Shown in pieces: positions 41,501 to 51,212 of a stretch of DNA of 64,000 bases. Under the pieces are notes generated by a model that was given only the letters and a program-made list of their open reading frames with translations, was not told the origin of the DNA and searched no databases. Origin of the DNA: Candidatus Poribacteria bacterium. GTDB lineage: Bacteria; Poribacteria; WGA-4E; UBA9662. The stretch spans positions 1 to 64,000 of the forward strand of contig JAYZAL010000036.1 in assembly GCA_036339735.1 (NCBI GenBank), written 5' to 3'. Made by a program: the position numbers and the translations under genes. Within the stretch, counting starts at the first letter, position 1, and every line of letters begins with the position of its first letter.

Positions 41501-43551
41501 GTTGAACCATGAAAATTTTCTAGTGGTGTAAATGTAGCCAAGCCAGTATCTTTATCAATCGTTATATCGACGTCTTCATTAGCTAAGGCGAACCATTCTG
41601 TAATTGCATCAGGGTGAATTTTGTTGAGGAAAAGCTTTAGATCTAAAGTGAAGGGGGTTTCTTCCAAAACCTGATCGTTAGTCAATTGTGTACTGAAGTC
41701 CTTGGGTAGTTTAACACCATTGGTGGGCTGAGGTAATGGTGATGGGAGCTCAAAATCGAATAGTGTGGGCGCCTTTTCTTTAACCTCGATTGGTTGATCA
41801 ATGACATACGGAATCAAAAAACCATCAGAATCAATCAGTTTAGCATCGATGATTTCAATAGCTGAGGTTTTGACTGCTAAAACTTCAAAGGTCAAATAAG
41901 CCAAGTTAGGCTCCTCTATATCACTAGCTTCACCTGTAGCCGAAACTAATACTCGACCTTTTTCTGCTAGTGGCTGTGAGAAACTTTCACTAATCACCTG
42001 CTCCCCATTTTTGGTTTCGACAAATTTCAGTGATTCTGGGTCGAACTGAATTAACAACTGGTACTCGCTAATTAAATCTGCGTCTAGGACATAACTCATA
42101 ATTTCAAATTTCTGCCCGATTCCGGGAGATACAATACTGAGGCCAAAATCAGTTTCTAAGGCTATCAAAGGAAGAAACCCAACAATAACTTCGATCACCA
42201 TCGGCTTGCTCCGTTCTCGTCCGGTACCAATCAATTTTTGGTCGATTGCAACTAACTCAAAATAACCTTCTCCTTCGTCAGAGATGGCCTCTATCGTAAT
42301 TTCGTTACCTTCAACCAAAATTTCCGCCACATCTACTAAGGTATTCTCTGTAATCTCCCACTTAACTTGATCTCTAGGCAAGGGATCAGCCAATAAAGGG
42401 TTGATGACTTGAAAATTACTTAATTCTGGGTCTAAATACAATGGATCAAGAGGTAAAATTTGCGGAGATTTAGCTAATGTGTGATCAATAGTTAAGGGCA
42501 CTGAAGATAACGAGATATTGGTACCAAGCAAAGCATATAATTGATAGCTGCCGTTGGGTAGCTCAGATGTTGACCATTCCCATACTTTATCTGAAACAGG
42601 TATGGGTTTTTGAGTCAAAGCTGCTAATTTGCCGGCGAAAGCATATGCAAGAGTAATGTTTTGACCATCTAGGGCTGGTCCTACCTCCCATTCGACTGAG
42701 ACAATATCGTTGAAGGCTTGGTTAGGCGATGGTGAAATGAAAATCAAGTTTTTGAGCTGGAATGATACGGCTGCAACCGTCAATACCTCACCGTTAACTA
42801 TAGACATAGCTTCAATTGTGTAATCACCGCTGGGAAAGAATTTAGCCTGTTTGATAGTATCAAGTGCCAAGTCCAGTTTTCCGTCATCGGTCAAAGACGA
42901 TTTAGCTAACAGCCGCTTTTTTCCCCCATTGACTGTGTAAACGATTTGGAGCGTTTGGCCGACCCAATCCTCCCCATATTCTACCCGCAGCGGTATGTTA
43001 CCACTTAGTTGAGATTGGTTAGAGGGAGATGTAAATAGAATTAATTTGGGAGGTTTTTCTGCAGGCAGGACAACTTGCCCAGATTGTCCGACAGTGGGTA
43101 CAGGTTTGGAAATGCCATTTTCACCAGCGATCCCTGATAGCGAAGGGGAAACTAGTTTAAGGACGGATGGTTGAAAACTCAATACTTTAAATTGTATTTG
43201 AGCTAGAATGCCAGTTGTTTTATTTGTCGGTTTTCCGAATGCAGTAGCAAAGTAAGTAATAGCCCCGATTTGTTTCCCTGCGAGTTGAGAAAACGGTGGT
43301 TTAGGAGAATCCGGTAGAAAATCTCCCAGTTGAACCTCAATAAACTCTAGAGCAACCTGATCATAAAGCAAGGTAAACTGAAAACCCATCACTTGCTCGG
43401 CTTTATCGACTTTGACTTGAACCGTCAAGGTTTGTCCAATCTGAGGCAACTCGCTTGATGGAGGGTCGATAGAAATGACAGCTTGAGACCAAACTAAGGA
43501 TGGTAGAAACACCAAAAACTGCCAAAACCATCTTTTTTTCCACAAAATCAA
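38584..43551 (-). CDS. Large secreted protein: two cohesin-like domains, Ig/tandem-95 repeats, SH3b, T9SS type B-like C-terminal domain
   Basis: Signal peptide. GFQFTLLYD and YQLLIQFDP cohesin motifs. DLSEYFLDDED-type repeats. C-terminal ITPG...ND...VYTPSGQL...WNGKD..G..LPSGAYFY. Confidence 0.8.
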   Translation of the reverse strand: MILWKKRWFWQFLVFLPSLVWSQAVISIDPPSSELPQIGQTLTVQVKVDKAEQVMGFQFTLLYDQVALEFIEVQLGDFLPDSPKPPFSQLAGKQIGAITYFATAFGKPTNKTTGILAQIQFKVLSFQPSVLKLVSPSLSGIAGENGISKPVPTVGQSGQVVLPAEKPPKLILFTSPSNQSQLSGNIPLRVEYGEDWVGQTLQIVYTVNGGKKRLLAKSSLTDDGKLDLALDTIKQAKFFPSGDYTIEAMSIVNGEVLTVAAVSFQLKNLIFISPSPNQAFNDIVSVEWEVGPALDGQNITLAYAFAGKLAALTQKPIPVSDKVWEWSTSELPNGSYQLYALLGTNISLSSVPLTIDHTLAKSPQILPLDPLYLDPELSNFQVINPLLADPLPRDQVKWEITENTLVDVAEILVEGNEITIEAISDEGEGYFELVAIDQKLIGTGRERSKPMVIEVIVGFLPLIALETDFGLSIVSPGIGQKFEIMSYVLDADLISEYQLLIQFDPESLKFVETKNGEQVISESFSQPLAEKGRVLVSATGEASDIEEPNLAYLTFEVLAVKTSAIEIIDAKLIDSDGFLIPYVIDQPIEVKEKAPTLFDFELPSPLPQPTNGVKLPKDFSTQLTNDQVLEETPFTLDLKLFLNKIHPDAITEWFALANEDVDITIDKDTGLATFTPLENFHGSTVIKVGSVGKVDGKEGEVQAQAVLNVMPVAEPPLFLKQQPLVVNQGEKGEFDTDDLVFDDDQYNDELSWKVEGSEHLDAFVDIVDLKAYLIVEAKEEAWAGTEKITVTVTDRNKEIDGTENLTAIGQITITVKQTTGPPIFVVDSISFDESDKTNSPSQLTIKWQDIVGDNDPVDKLIIKIEENGVQITATNQPTKQQLTFSVSDNDWHGTEIVTISATDTDKNVTNQSIRVTVIPTAEKPRVNPAKPLRAINNLIEDQLDFKLDLSEYFLDDEDEPTRLKYSADSVDNITVKIEEHTLFLVPAPDWHSRLEATPRKISIELSVEDTEQQKLTIPVNVSVVPQPDEITFSDFNVTFEEDQTSSTNLLKLVESVDFANKQPVDAQVKFSIIKKPDQLSVTIKNGVATFSTAEPNWFTKDNEIVEFQVAERITSQSKTTARATVQVVQVLDRPVIASLKIDSTPYDEFSTRRILLNLRDPDAHWESQKVWVSAFYYVRAQNESISDSSVVSTAPSLPVTVEENFKPCVLQNMDLDTKKVEISSIDDIPMERYTRYTVAWFAGMDDLANLDQVVVLKLVVEDQENRKAETVREVRVNNTGRLTPQFKTFSTQPVDETKISVELTFQEFPTPLPNLMLLFRLNGTEVWQIATIRIPGEPASDSISLSTLGQKQQNKTEFIWDLRLSNLQQAGQYNLRLVSVSAISSAWRKFSQIVSPNVETNEIDDKNDSSSEVTNPLVRSGNANTKGSVPLFAKPEKSGQIIGYINNERITAVAKRGQWYYISSSKDFGFGYLVEGQTRGYIRSSNITLDDENNDEDEKLPPLPALRADEIVAAGPYYDQTITIDTVESLASGLICQIDPPSRIITPGLTTYNDQFIISFRSQNERSIAESEFFVYTPSGQLMYQSSQAIQQNQWWRFRWNGKDQRGYLLPSGAYFYVLTVGYTDSNNFTETERKGRLRPSSDTDVKKGVCVIAR

Positions 43552-43552
43552 T

Positions 43553-44761
43553 TTAATTTCCTAAATTGCCTTGAATTAGGCGTGCTGTCTCTCGAGCAAC
43601 AACAAATTCCTCATTTGCCGGAATGGTTAAAATTTGAACTTGGCTATGGTTCGTAGAAATTGATGTTTCACTAAGATTTTGATCATTTTTATCTAAATCA
43701 AGCTTGATACCCATATACTCTAAACCACTACAGATCAAGAAACGTGTATTGGCACTTTTTTCACCAATACCACCAGTAAAAGCTAAAACATCTATACCGC
43801 CAAGAGCCGCTACGTAAGCACCAATATACTTCTTGACACCATAGCAGTAAGTTTCAATGGCTAGTCGTGCCTGATCATTCCCATTTTCGGCAGCTGAATT
43901 TAAATCTCGCATATCACTAGCAAAACTAGAAATACCTTTTAGACCAGATTCTTCCATAAGTTGTCGTGTGACTTCAGCCGGGCTCCAACTTTCTTTCTCC
44001 ATAACATACAAAACAGCAAAAGGATCTAGATCGCCTACTCTTGTGGATTGAACTACACCACATTGGGTTGATACCCCCATTGAAGTATCGATTGATTGAC
44101 CATTTTTGATTGCGGTAACAGATGAACTTCCTCCCAAATGACAAGAAACAATCCGCAGGTTAGTCGCAGAACGTTTTAGAACTTGTGGTACACGCTCCGA
44201 TACCCAACGATGAGAAGCTCCATGGAAGCCGTAGCGCCGAATCTGATGTTTCTCAAGCCAGTACCTAGGAATACCAAACTCATAGGCATAATCAGGTATC
44301 GATTGGTGGAACCAAGTCTCCATCACCGCAACCAATGGAATTTTCGGAAGGATTTTCTGAAAGGAACGAATTGCAGCTAAATAGGCTCTATTATGCAAGG
44401 GAGCCAGAGGAATATAAGCTTCCAAAGCCTGAATGACCGATTGATCAATGATCGCGGACTGCCAAATATCTTTAGCAAAAACAGTTTTAAATCCGATTCC
44501 ATCAATTTGCCCAAAATCTGGCATAAGACTAACGCAGTGTTCAATCGCCTCCAAATGACTTGGTGCACTAAGTTTTCCTTCAATCGAAACGGGTTTGCCG
44601 TCTACATAATTAGTATGATGAAAGTAAGACGTTGGATCTCCAATTCTTTCTACTGAGCCGCTAAACTGAAATGAAATATCGCTAGCAGATCCCAGCCAGT
44701 TACCAGTTAACAACTGGTACTTGAGTGAAGTGCTACCAACGTTAACAGATAAAATTTTCAT
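43553..44761 (-). CDS. ackA: Acetate/propionate kinase family protein (divergent)
   Basis: NVGSTSLKY, LAPLHN, RRYGFHGASH, CHLGG, DTSMG, TRVGDLDP, FTGGIGE, ANEE. Confidence 0.9.
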   Translation of the reverse strand: MKILSVNVGSTSLKYQLLTGNWLGSASDISFQFSGSVERIGDPTSYFHHTNYVDGKPVSIEGKLSAPSHLEAIEHCVSLMPDFGQIDGIGFKTVFAKDIWQSAIIDQSVIQALEAYIPLAPLHNRAYLAAIRSFQKILPKIPLVAVMETWFHQSIPDYAYEFGIPRYWLEKHQIRRYGFHGASHRWVSERVPQVLKRSATNLRIVSCHLGGSSSVTAIKNGQSIDTSMGVSTQCGVVQSTRVGDLDPFAVLYVMEKESWSPAEVTRQLMEESGLKGISSFASDMRDLNSAAENGNDQARLAIETYCYGVKKYIGAYVAALGGIDVLAFTGGIGEKSANTRFLICSGLEYMGIKLDLDKNDQNLSETSISTNHSQVQILTIPANEEFVVARETARLIQGNLGN

Positions 44762-44796
44762 TTTCGGCAGTTTCTAATTTGTCCGTTTTTATATTG

Positions 44797-45639
44797 TCAA
44801 CGACTGGTAATTGAAGTCAATTTAATTTTCGAAGTTATCTCTTGCACTACAGACTTAGGTTGAGAGGTTGTGGTCGGTTGTTGCAATTCATAAACTGAGT
44901 CTGAAATTGAGTCCTTGTTCGATTCCAACCCACCGTAAGTAGTAATTGGATCCGTATTTGGTAAATTGGCACGATAACGATTAAAAATTGTAAAACGCGG
45001 ATATTCTGCAGTCCATCGTCTCGCACCGTGAAACAGTGCTTCAGTAAAAATCACACAATCACCTGACTGAACAGGTAAGTTAATAACAGTGGGAGAACTA
45101 TCGTAAATCGACACAAGAGTCCTATCAGGATTATTGGTCTGAGAAGGTGGTGAGAAATTCCGTTTATGGCTTCCCAGTAAACAAACAAAACCTGTCTCGG
45201 CAGGAACATCTACCAAAGAGATAGCCGCATTCAAAAAACCTGCAAAGGGCTCCCCATCAATAATTCGGTAATCTTGACCCGAAGCATGAAAGTGAATGTC
45301 ATCTGAGGTGCGATAATTTTTGGTCAGAGCCGTATCTACTAACACTGGATATTGGTGTGTTAATGCAATAATAATCCGCATAATTTCGGGATTTAGTACT
45401 AACCGCTGAAAGACTGGGTCGCCATACTGAATATGATTGATCCAACGAGCAATAGTCTTTGAATAATCAGGGTGTGTGTCAGCAGTGGAAGTAAGTGGGT
45501 GAGGTAACTCATCGAGAGGCAGATTGTGCCAATAGTTACCTAGTTCTAGCATTCGTTCGATATCCTCAGGCGAAACAACTTTGGGCAAAACAATGAAACC
45601 ATGATGATCAAAGTACCATTTTTCTTGTTCTGTCAGCAT
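44797..45639 (-). CDS. PhyH-like dioxygenase family protein
   Basis: MLTEQEKWYFDHHGF, GFVCLLGSHK, GDCVIFTEALFHGA..W....R. Confidence 0.8.
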   Translation of the reverse strand: MLTEQEKWYFDHHGFIVLPKVVSPEDIERMLELGNYWHNLPLDELPHPLTSTADTHPDYSKTIARWINHIQYGDPVFQRLVLNPEIMRIIIALTHQYPVLVDTALTKNYRTSDDIHFHASGQDYRIIDGEPFAGFLNAAISLVDVPAETGFVCLLGSHKRNFSPPSQTNNPDRTLVSIYDSSPTVINLPVQSGDCVIFTEALFHGARRWTAEYPRFTIFNRYRANLPNTDPITTYGGLESNKDSISDSVYELQQPTTTSQPKSVVQEITSKIKLTSITSR

Positions 45640-45819
45640 CTAATGTCAATCCTTCTGCTAGCTCGAGATAGTAGCACAGGATGCTTATTGCGTCAATATG
45701 GTTGAGTGTGTTTGCATTGTAGAGTCGAACTTTGTGCCCCCTGTATGCACACGAAATACTGAGTAGTAGGAATGCATACTGAAATCAACGAGACACCCGA
45801 CTTTTGTGAATGCTTGTCG

Positions 45820-48396
45820 TCATTCATAAATGAACTTATTCTCAATATAATCGACAGTAATTAAATCACCATCCCCAAATTCACCAGACAGTAGTTTAAC
45901 TGCTAATGGATTTAAAATTTGCTTTTGAATGGCGCGCCGGAGAGGTCGAGCTCCGTAGGCGGGATCATAACTTTGGTGTGCGAGTTGTTGCTTCGCATTT
46001 TGAGTTAAATTCAATTTGATTTTCCGATCCACTAATCGCTGTTGAACTTCATTTAATTCCAAATCAATAATAGTCGAAATTTCATCTAACTCTAGCCGAT
46101 TAAAGATAATAACATCATCAATCCGGTTCAAAAATTCAGGTTGAAAATGTAGTTGAAGTTCCTGTTGTATTTTGATGCTTGATTCTTCCTCAGATAATTT
46201 TGGGTCAACTAACCAATGGCTTCCAATGTTGGACGTTATAATTACTATCGTGTTACGAAAGTCGACTGTTCGTCCGTGGCTATCGGTTAGGCGACCATCG
46301 TCTAATAATTGGAGTAGCACATTAAACACTTCCGGATGTGCTTTTTCAATTTCATCCAAAAGTAATACCGAATAAGGACGACGTCTAACCGCTTCTGTGA
46401 GTTGTCCTCCTTCACCATAACCTACATATCCTGGAGGTGCGCCAATCAAGCGAGCCACCGTATGCTTCTCGGAATACTCACTCATATCTATTCGGATCAT
46501 GGAATTTTCATCACTAAACAAAAAAGTTGCTAGCGACTTGGCTAAATGTGTTTTTCCCACTCCGGTTGGCCCGAGGAAAATCAGTGAGCTAATTGGTCGA
46601 TTTTCATCCTGCAATCCGACTCGAGAACGACGAATAGCGCTGGAAACAGTCTCAATGGCAAAATTTTGTCCAATAACTGTTTCTTTTAATTTGTTTTCCA
46701 TCTGCAATAATTTCTCAACTTCACCTTCCAATATCCGAGTTACGGGAATACCAGTCCACTTGGAAACCACTTCGGCAATATCATCACTGTCAATTTTCTC
46801 CTTAAGCAATTGGTCTGACTTCTGAACCCTTTCCAGAATGGATCTAGCGTTATTTAATTGAGATTCCAAGTCAGGTAAATCTCCATACAGAATTTCTGAA
46901 GCCCGACTCAAGTTGCTAACTCTACGCGCCTGTTCTTCCTCTTGCTTAAGATTTTCGATTTGTTCCATCAGTTTTTGAATTGCTTGTAGTGTTTCTTTTT
47001 CATTTTGCCAATGCCTTTTTAATCTTTGACTTATTTCTTCCAGTTCTGATTTTTCGGTTAGTAAATTCTTTAGCCGTTCTTGAGATGCGGTATCTTCTTC
47101 TCTTTCAAGAGCTTGCCGTTCCATCTCAATTTGCAGTGCACGTCGCTCCACGTCATCAATTTCTTCTGGCACACTGTCGATTTGAATTCGTAATCTGGAA
47201 GAGGCTTCATCTACTAAATCAACTGCTTTATCAGGCAGAAATCGATCCGAAATATATCGGTTAGAGAGTGTTGCAGCAGCAATTATAGCATTGTCGGTGA
47301 TCTGGATTCCGTGATGTGTCTCGTAACGTTCTTTTAATCCCCTCAAAATAGCAATGGTGTCTTCAACCGATGGCTCATCCACTGAAATTGGTTGAAAGCG
47401 TCTCTCCAAGGCTGCATCTTTCTCGATATGTTGGCGAAACTCGTCCAAAGTAGTGGCACCAATACATCGAAGTTCGCCACGAGCTAAAGCAGGTTTTAAC
47501 ATGTTTGAAGCATCGACGGCTCCTTCTGCGGCTCCAGCCCCAACGATAGTGTGGAGTTCGTCGATGAAAATAATGACCTCACCATCCGAATCCTCGACCT
47601 CTCTTAGGACGGCTTTGAGTCGATCTTCGAATTCCCCTCTATACTTAGCTCCAGCAAGCATGGCACCTAAGTCTAAAACGATTAATCGCTTTCGTCTTAG
47701 TGTTTCTGGAACATCACCATTGACAATGCGCTGGGCTAAACCTTCGGCTATTGCCGTCTTACCAACACCAGGTTCACCAATTAAAACTGGATTATTTTTT
47801 CTGCGACGAGAAAGAACTTGCATTACGCGACGAATTTCATCATCCCTACCAATTACAGGATCTAGGTTTCCAAAAATTGCTGATTGTGTTAAATCGTGAC
47901 CAAACTTGGATAATGCTTGATATCGGTCTTCAGCATTAGGATCTGTTGCTCTTTGATCTCCTCTAATAAATTCTAGAGCTTTCAGGATACGTTTTTTTGT
48001 TGCTCCATGTTTTTTCAAAACTTTAGCCGCAGTACTAGTATTTTCATCTACTAATCCAATAAGCAGATGCTCAGTGCTAGTGTATTCGTCTTTAAGATTT
48101 ATAGCAGATTTAAAAGACAAATCTAATACTTTCGTCAGCGTGTTAGATGGAGAGATTTCGGTCGCTGCTCCTTTGGCAATGGGTAGTTGTCCTATTGTTT
48201 TATCTACATCAGCTTGTAGTACATTTATTTCTACCCCCACTTTTTGTAGAATAGGTTTCACAATTCCGTCTTCTTGCTTAATCAAAGCTGATAAGAGGTG
48301 ATTTGGTGAGATTTCTGGATTTTGGTATTCATTGGATAATTTATTTGCAGATTCAATAGCTTCTTGCGCTTTAAAAGTTAGATGGTTATGTTTCAT
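45820..48396 (-). CDS. clpB: ATP-dependent disaggregase ClpB
   Basis: Two AAA+ modules ([16 protein letters not shown]) with a long coiled-coil middle domain. GARPLRR. Confidence 0.97.
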   Translation of the reverse strand: MKHNHLTFKAQEAIESANKLSNEYQNPEISPNHLLSALIKQEDGIVKPILQKVGVEINVLQADVDKTIGQLPIAKGAATEISPSNTLTKVLDLSFKSAINLKDEYTSTEHLLIGLVDENTSTAAKVLKKHGATKKRILKALEFIRGDQRATDPNAEDRYQALSKFGHDLTQSAIFGNLDPVIGRDDEIRRVMQVLSRRRKNNPVLIGEPGVGKTAIAEGLAQRIVNGDVPETLRRKRLIVLDLGAMLAGAKYRGEFEDRLKAVLREVEDSDGEVIIFIDELHTIVGAGAAEGAVDASNMLKPALARGELRCIGATTLDEFRQHIEKDAALERRFQPISVDEPSVEDTIAILRGLKERYETHHGIQITDNAIIAAATLSNRYISDRFLPDKAVDLVDEASSRLRIQIDSVPEEIDDVERRALQIEMERQALEREEDTASQERLKNLLTEKSELEEISQRLKRHWQNEKETLQAIQKLMEQIENLKQEEEQARRVSNLSRASEILYGDLPDLESQLNNARSILERVQKSDQLLKEKIDSDDIAEVVSKWTGIPVTRILEGEVEKLLQMENKLKETVIGQNFAIETVSSAIRRSRVGLQDENRPISSLIFLGPTGVGKTHLAKSLATFLFSDENSMIRIDMSEYSEKHTVARLIGAPPGYVGYGEGGQLTEAVRRRPYSVLLLDEIEKAHPEVFNVLLQLLDDGRLTDSHGRTVDFRNTIVIITSNIGSHWLVDPKLSEEESSIKIQQELQLHFQPEFLNRIDDVIIFNRLELDEISTIIDLELNEVQQRLVDRKIKLNLTQNAKQQLAHQSYDPAYGARPLRRAIQKQILNPLAVKLLSGEFGDGDLITVDYIENKFIYE

Positions 48397-48492
48397 TTTT
48401 TCTCTTCAGTAAATGGTGGTGTGAGTGCACAATATTATTATTTTGGGTCTAAAAGTCCTACACGAAGGTTTGTAGTCTTGCTAACCACGCTC

Positions 48493-48508
48493 AGCAAGAT
48501 TGATACCA
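48493..48508 (-). promoter_or_regulatory. Putative sigma-54 (-24/-12) promoter of clpB
   Basis: TGGTAT-CAATC-TTGCT, GG-N10-GC spacing, about 100 nt upstream of clpB. Confidence 0.6.
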
Positions 48509-48538
48509 ACAGACTGCTCTGCTAAAATTGTAGTTCTA

Positions 48539-50803
48539 ATGATTAACCAACGAATAATACTTTTCCGGCGTCTAGACTATCAGATTAGTCTTCTAGTATT
48601 TACCATCCTAGGATTGATCTTAGCCAATTTGTCGTTGGCCAATCTACTAGGCTATGAATTTTGTGCCATTTTGGCAGTTGCTATTTCATTTGTTGCTCCA
48701 TACCTAACAATTCGATGGATGAAAGACTATCCAACTGCTGATTTATACAGCCTATTCAGGGCTTTCTTCATTCATAATTGGATCTTACAAATTCCTCCTG
48801 TTATCGTAATTACTCTTAACGCGCTTCGGGTTAAAAACTGCAATTTTTCAAATGGTATTCTTCTTTTCTTATTACTACCAACCATCAGTTGCCTGCACGC
48901 AGTAACAGCAGGCTTATTCTTTGGGGCGAAATTTGATCGGTCCAACTATACAAAGTACTTATGTTATATTGCTGCTAGCTACATACTTTTATTGAAAAAT
49001 ATCATTCTGGACCCACCTATCTTTGCTTACCACGCAACTTTCGGTTACTTTCCAGGCCCAATTTATGACGAAAAGATTCCAATTACGAAAACGCTAATCT
49101 GGGCTAGAATTTCAACGGTCGTGCTTAGCCTAATTTTTCTATATTTGGCAAATCGGTCCTGGGCCAAATTGACAGCTCACAAACTAAATGCATACAGAGT
49201 GAGTAAAGGGATTTGGAATAGACGACCATTTTTTATCGCTTTGGTATGCGTTCTAGGAGCTTTTTATGTGTTTCGTGGGCCACTTGGTATTCGGCCCACC
49301 CGAAACTACATCGAGGAGAAATTAGGTGGGGAAAAAGAAACTGACCATTTTGTAATTTTCTACCAAAAAGGATCTATAGTAGAACAAGAAATTGAAGCTA
49401 TTGCCGCGGACCATGAATTCCGCTATAAACAATTATCAGAGTACCTTCAGACAAAACCGAAACAAAAGATTCGATCCTATATTTACACTTCAGCACAACA
49501 AAAAAAACAACTGATGGGAGCTGAACATACTGCAGTCGAAGATCCGTTTGGCTATGGGTTTCATATCAACTATGCTCCCTTCCCACATCCAATTCTTATG
49601 CACGAAATGGCACATGTCTTCACTATTGATTGGCAACCTCTACTCAAAGTGAGTCCCCGTCTAGGTTTACACGAAGGCATTGCAGTTGCTGCAGAATGGA
49701 ATGAAGGAAGGCTAACAGCTCACCAATGGAGCCAAGCCATGAATGAAGTAGGTATTGCTCCTTCTATTAAGCAGATTATGGGTTTTGGTTTTTGGCTACA
49801 TTCAAGCCAGCAGAGTTATACCTTAGCTGGCTCTTTCGTCCGCTATTTGGTAGACCAATACGGTATAGAAAAGTTCAAGCAGGTTTTTCGTTGGGGGAAT
49901 TTTGAAGACGTCTATGATCAAAGCTTGAGTAGTTTAGAGTCAGAATGGCGATTTTTTTTATCTTCTGTAAAATTGAGTGAATTGGACAAAAAAATCGCCC
50001 AGAATCGTTTTCAATCCCCTAGTATTTTTCAAAAAGCCTGCGTTCATGAAATTGCTGATTTGTCCGCCCAAGCTTGGTCTGCTTACAACGAAGCTGATTA
50101 TCTTCGCGCAGAACAACTATTTCAACGTATTAACCAACATATACCGAATCACCCTAAACATCTACGTGGTTCAATGCTTAGCTTTTATCAACAATCTAAA
50201 TTTAAAGTAGCATATAGAATCGCAGTTCAGATTATCTCCCATACTAAATCAACTTTAGCCTTGAAAGCAGAAGCAGAAAATTTAATTGGAAACATGTATT
50301 GGAAACAAGGAAAAATCGAATTTGCTCTTAAATACTATCAATCGGTAGCAGAAAGTATGATAAGTGAAAGGTTAAAACGCGAAGCTATCGCTAAAATTGA
50401 TTGTTTGACAAAGTTAGAAAACCCAATCAAACTACGTTCAGTATTATTAGACGATATACCTGATCGCCTACGGATGACGTTTCTTCACGAAGTTCGCTAT
50501 GAGATGTCGGATTGGCCTTTAGCTGACTATTTAATTGGTCGTCAACTCTACTTGGATAGTTCAATCAAAAAGGGCATCCAATATTTGTCGTTTGCTGTTT
50601 CTGATGCCACTCTTCACCCTATTTTTCGTAGCGAAGCTAATCGGATGATGGGTCAAGGAGCCTATGAGCTTAAAGAATTTGGATTTGCTCGTGAGAAATT
50701 TGAACAAATGTTACTGGATGAGACTTTATCGGACGGAAAAAGACTAATAATCGAGGACTGGGTTAATCGTTGTGATTGGCACCATCTTAGCCTGAAACCT
50801 TAG
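48539..50803 (+). CDS. Membrane-anchored gluzincin-type metallopeptidase with C-terminal TPRs
   Basis: About 6 N-terminal TM segments, HEMAH-x19-E(GIA), downstream SYTLAGSFVRYL, TPR-like helices. ATG 48539 preferred over TTG 48500. Confidence 0.7.
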   Translation: MINQRIILFRRLDYQISLLVFTILGLILANLSLANLLGYEFCAILAVAISFVAPYLTIRWMKDYPTADLYSLFRAFFIHNWILQIPPVIVITLNALRVKNCNFSNGILLFLLLPTISCLHAVTAGLFFGAKFDRSNYTKYLCYIAASYILLLKNIILDPPIFAYHATFGYFPGPIYDEKIPITKTLIWARISTVVLSLIFLYLANRSWAKLTAHKLNAYRVSKGIWNRRPFFIALVCVLGAFYVFRGPLGIRPTRNYIEEKLGGEKETDHFVIFYQKGSIVEQEIEAIAADHEFRYKQLSEYLQTKPKQKIRSYIYTSAQQKKQLMGAEHTAVEDPFGYGFHINYAPFPHPILMHEMAHVFTIDWQPLLKVSPRLGLHEGIAVAAEWNEGRLTAHQWSQAMNEVGIAPSIKQIMGFGFWLHSSQQSYTLAGSFVRYLVDQYGIEKFKQVFRWGNFEDVYDQSLSSLESEWRFFLSSVKLSELDKKIAQNRFQSPSIFQKACVHEIADLSAQAWSAYNEADYLRAEQLFQRINQHIPNHPKHLRGSMLSFYQQSKFKVAYRIAVQIISHTKSTLALKAEAENLIGNMYWKQGKIEFALKYYQSVAESMISERLKREAIAKIDCLTKLENPIKLRSVLLDDIPDRLRMTFLHEVRYEMSDWPLADYLIGRQLYLDSSIKKGIQYLSFAVSDATLHPIFRSEANRMMGQGAYELKEFGFAREKFEQMLLDETLSDGKRLIIEDWVNRCDWHHLSLKP

Positions 50804-51212
50804 TGAGGCTATTTTTAATCAAAATTGGAGGCTATAAAGTTTTCAAGAGCTTTGTTTGACATCTTTTTCGTTTGAGCTAAAAAATAGCCCTTCACCTACA
50901 ATGAAGAATTATTTCGATTCCTAGTGTGTTACGATTTGGAGATAACTGAATAACCTGTGGGTATGGTATTTTGGTAGCTACATAATAACGATGAAGATCT
51001 GTTAACTTAGGACCTCCATTATTCTTAATAGATATAATTAGCAAATCCACCAAATTAGATAGTTACCAAAATGGAATCGATGGATATGAGTCGACTGTAT
51101 TCTCAGAAAAAACAAGTTATCTATACAAGTAATACTAATCAAACACTAAAAGATTCGTTATTTGGGAATTCCCTGTTAGCCAAGTAGTCGTAAAAGTCTA
51201 AGTAGAAATTTA

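Noticed and set aside
48420-48432. GAGTGC half-CIRCE upstream of clpB
   Set aside because: The partner half-site at the required spacing is missing.
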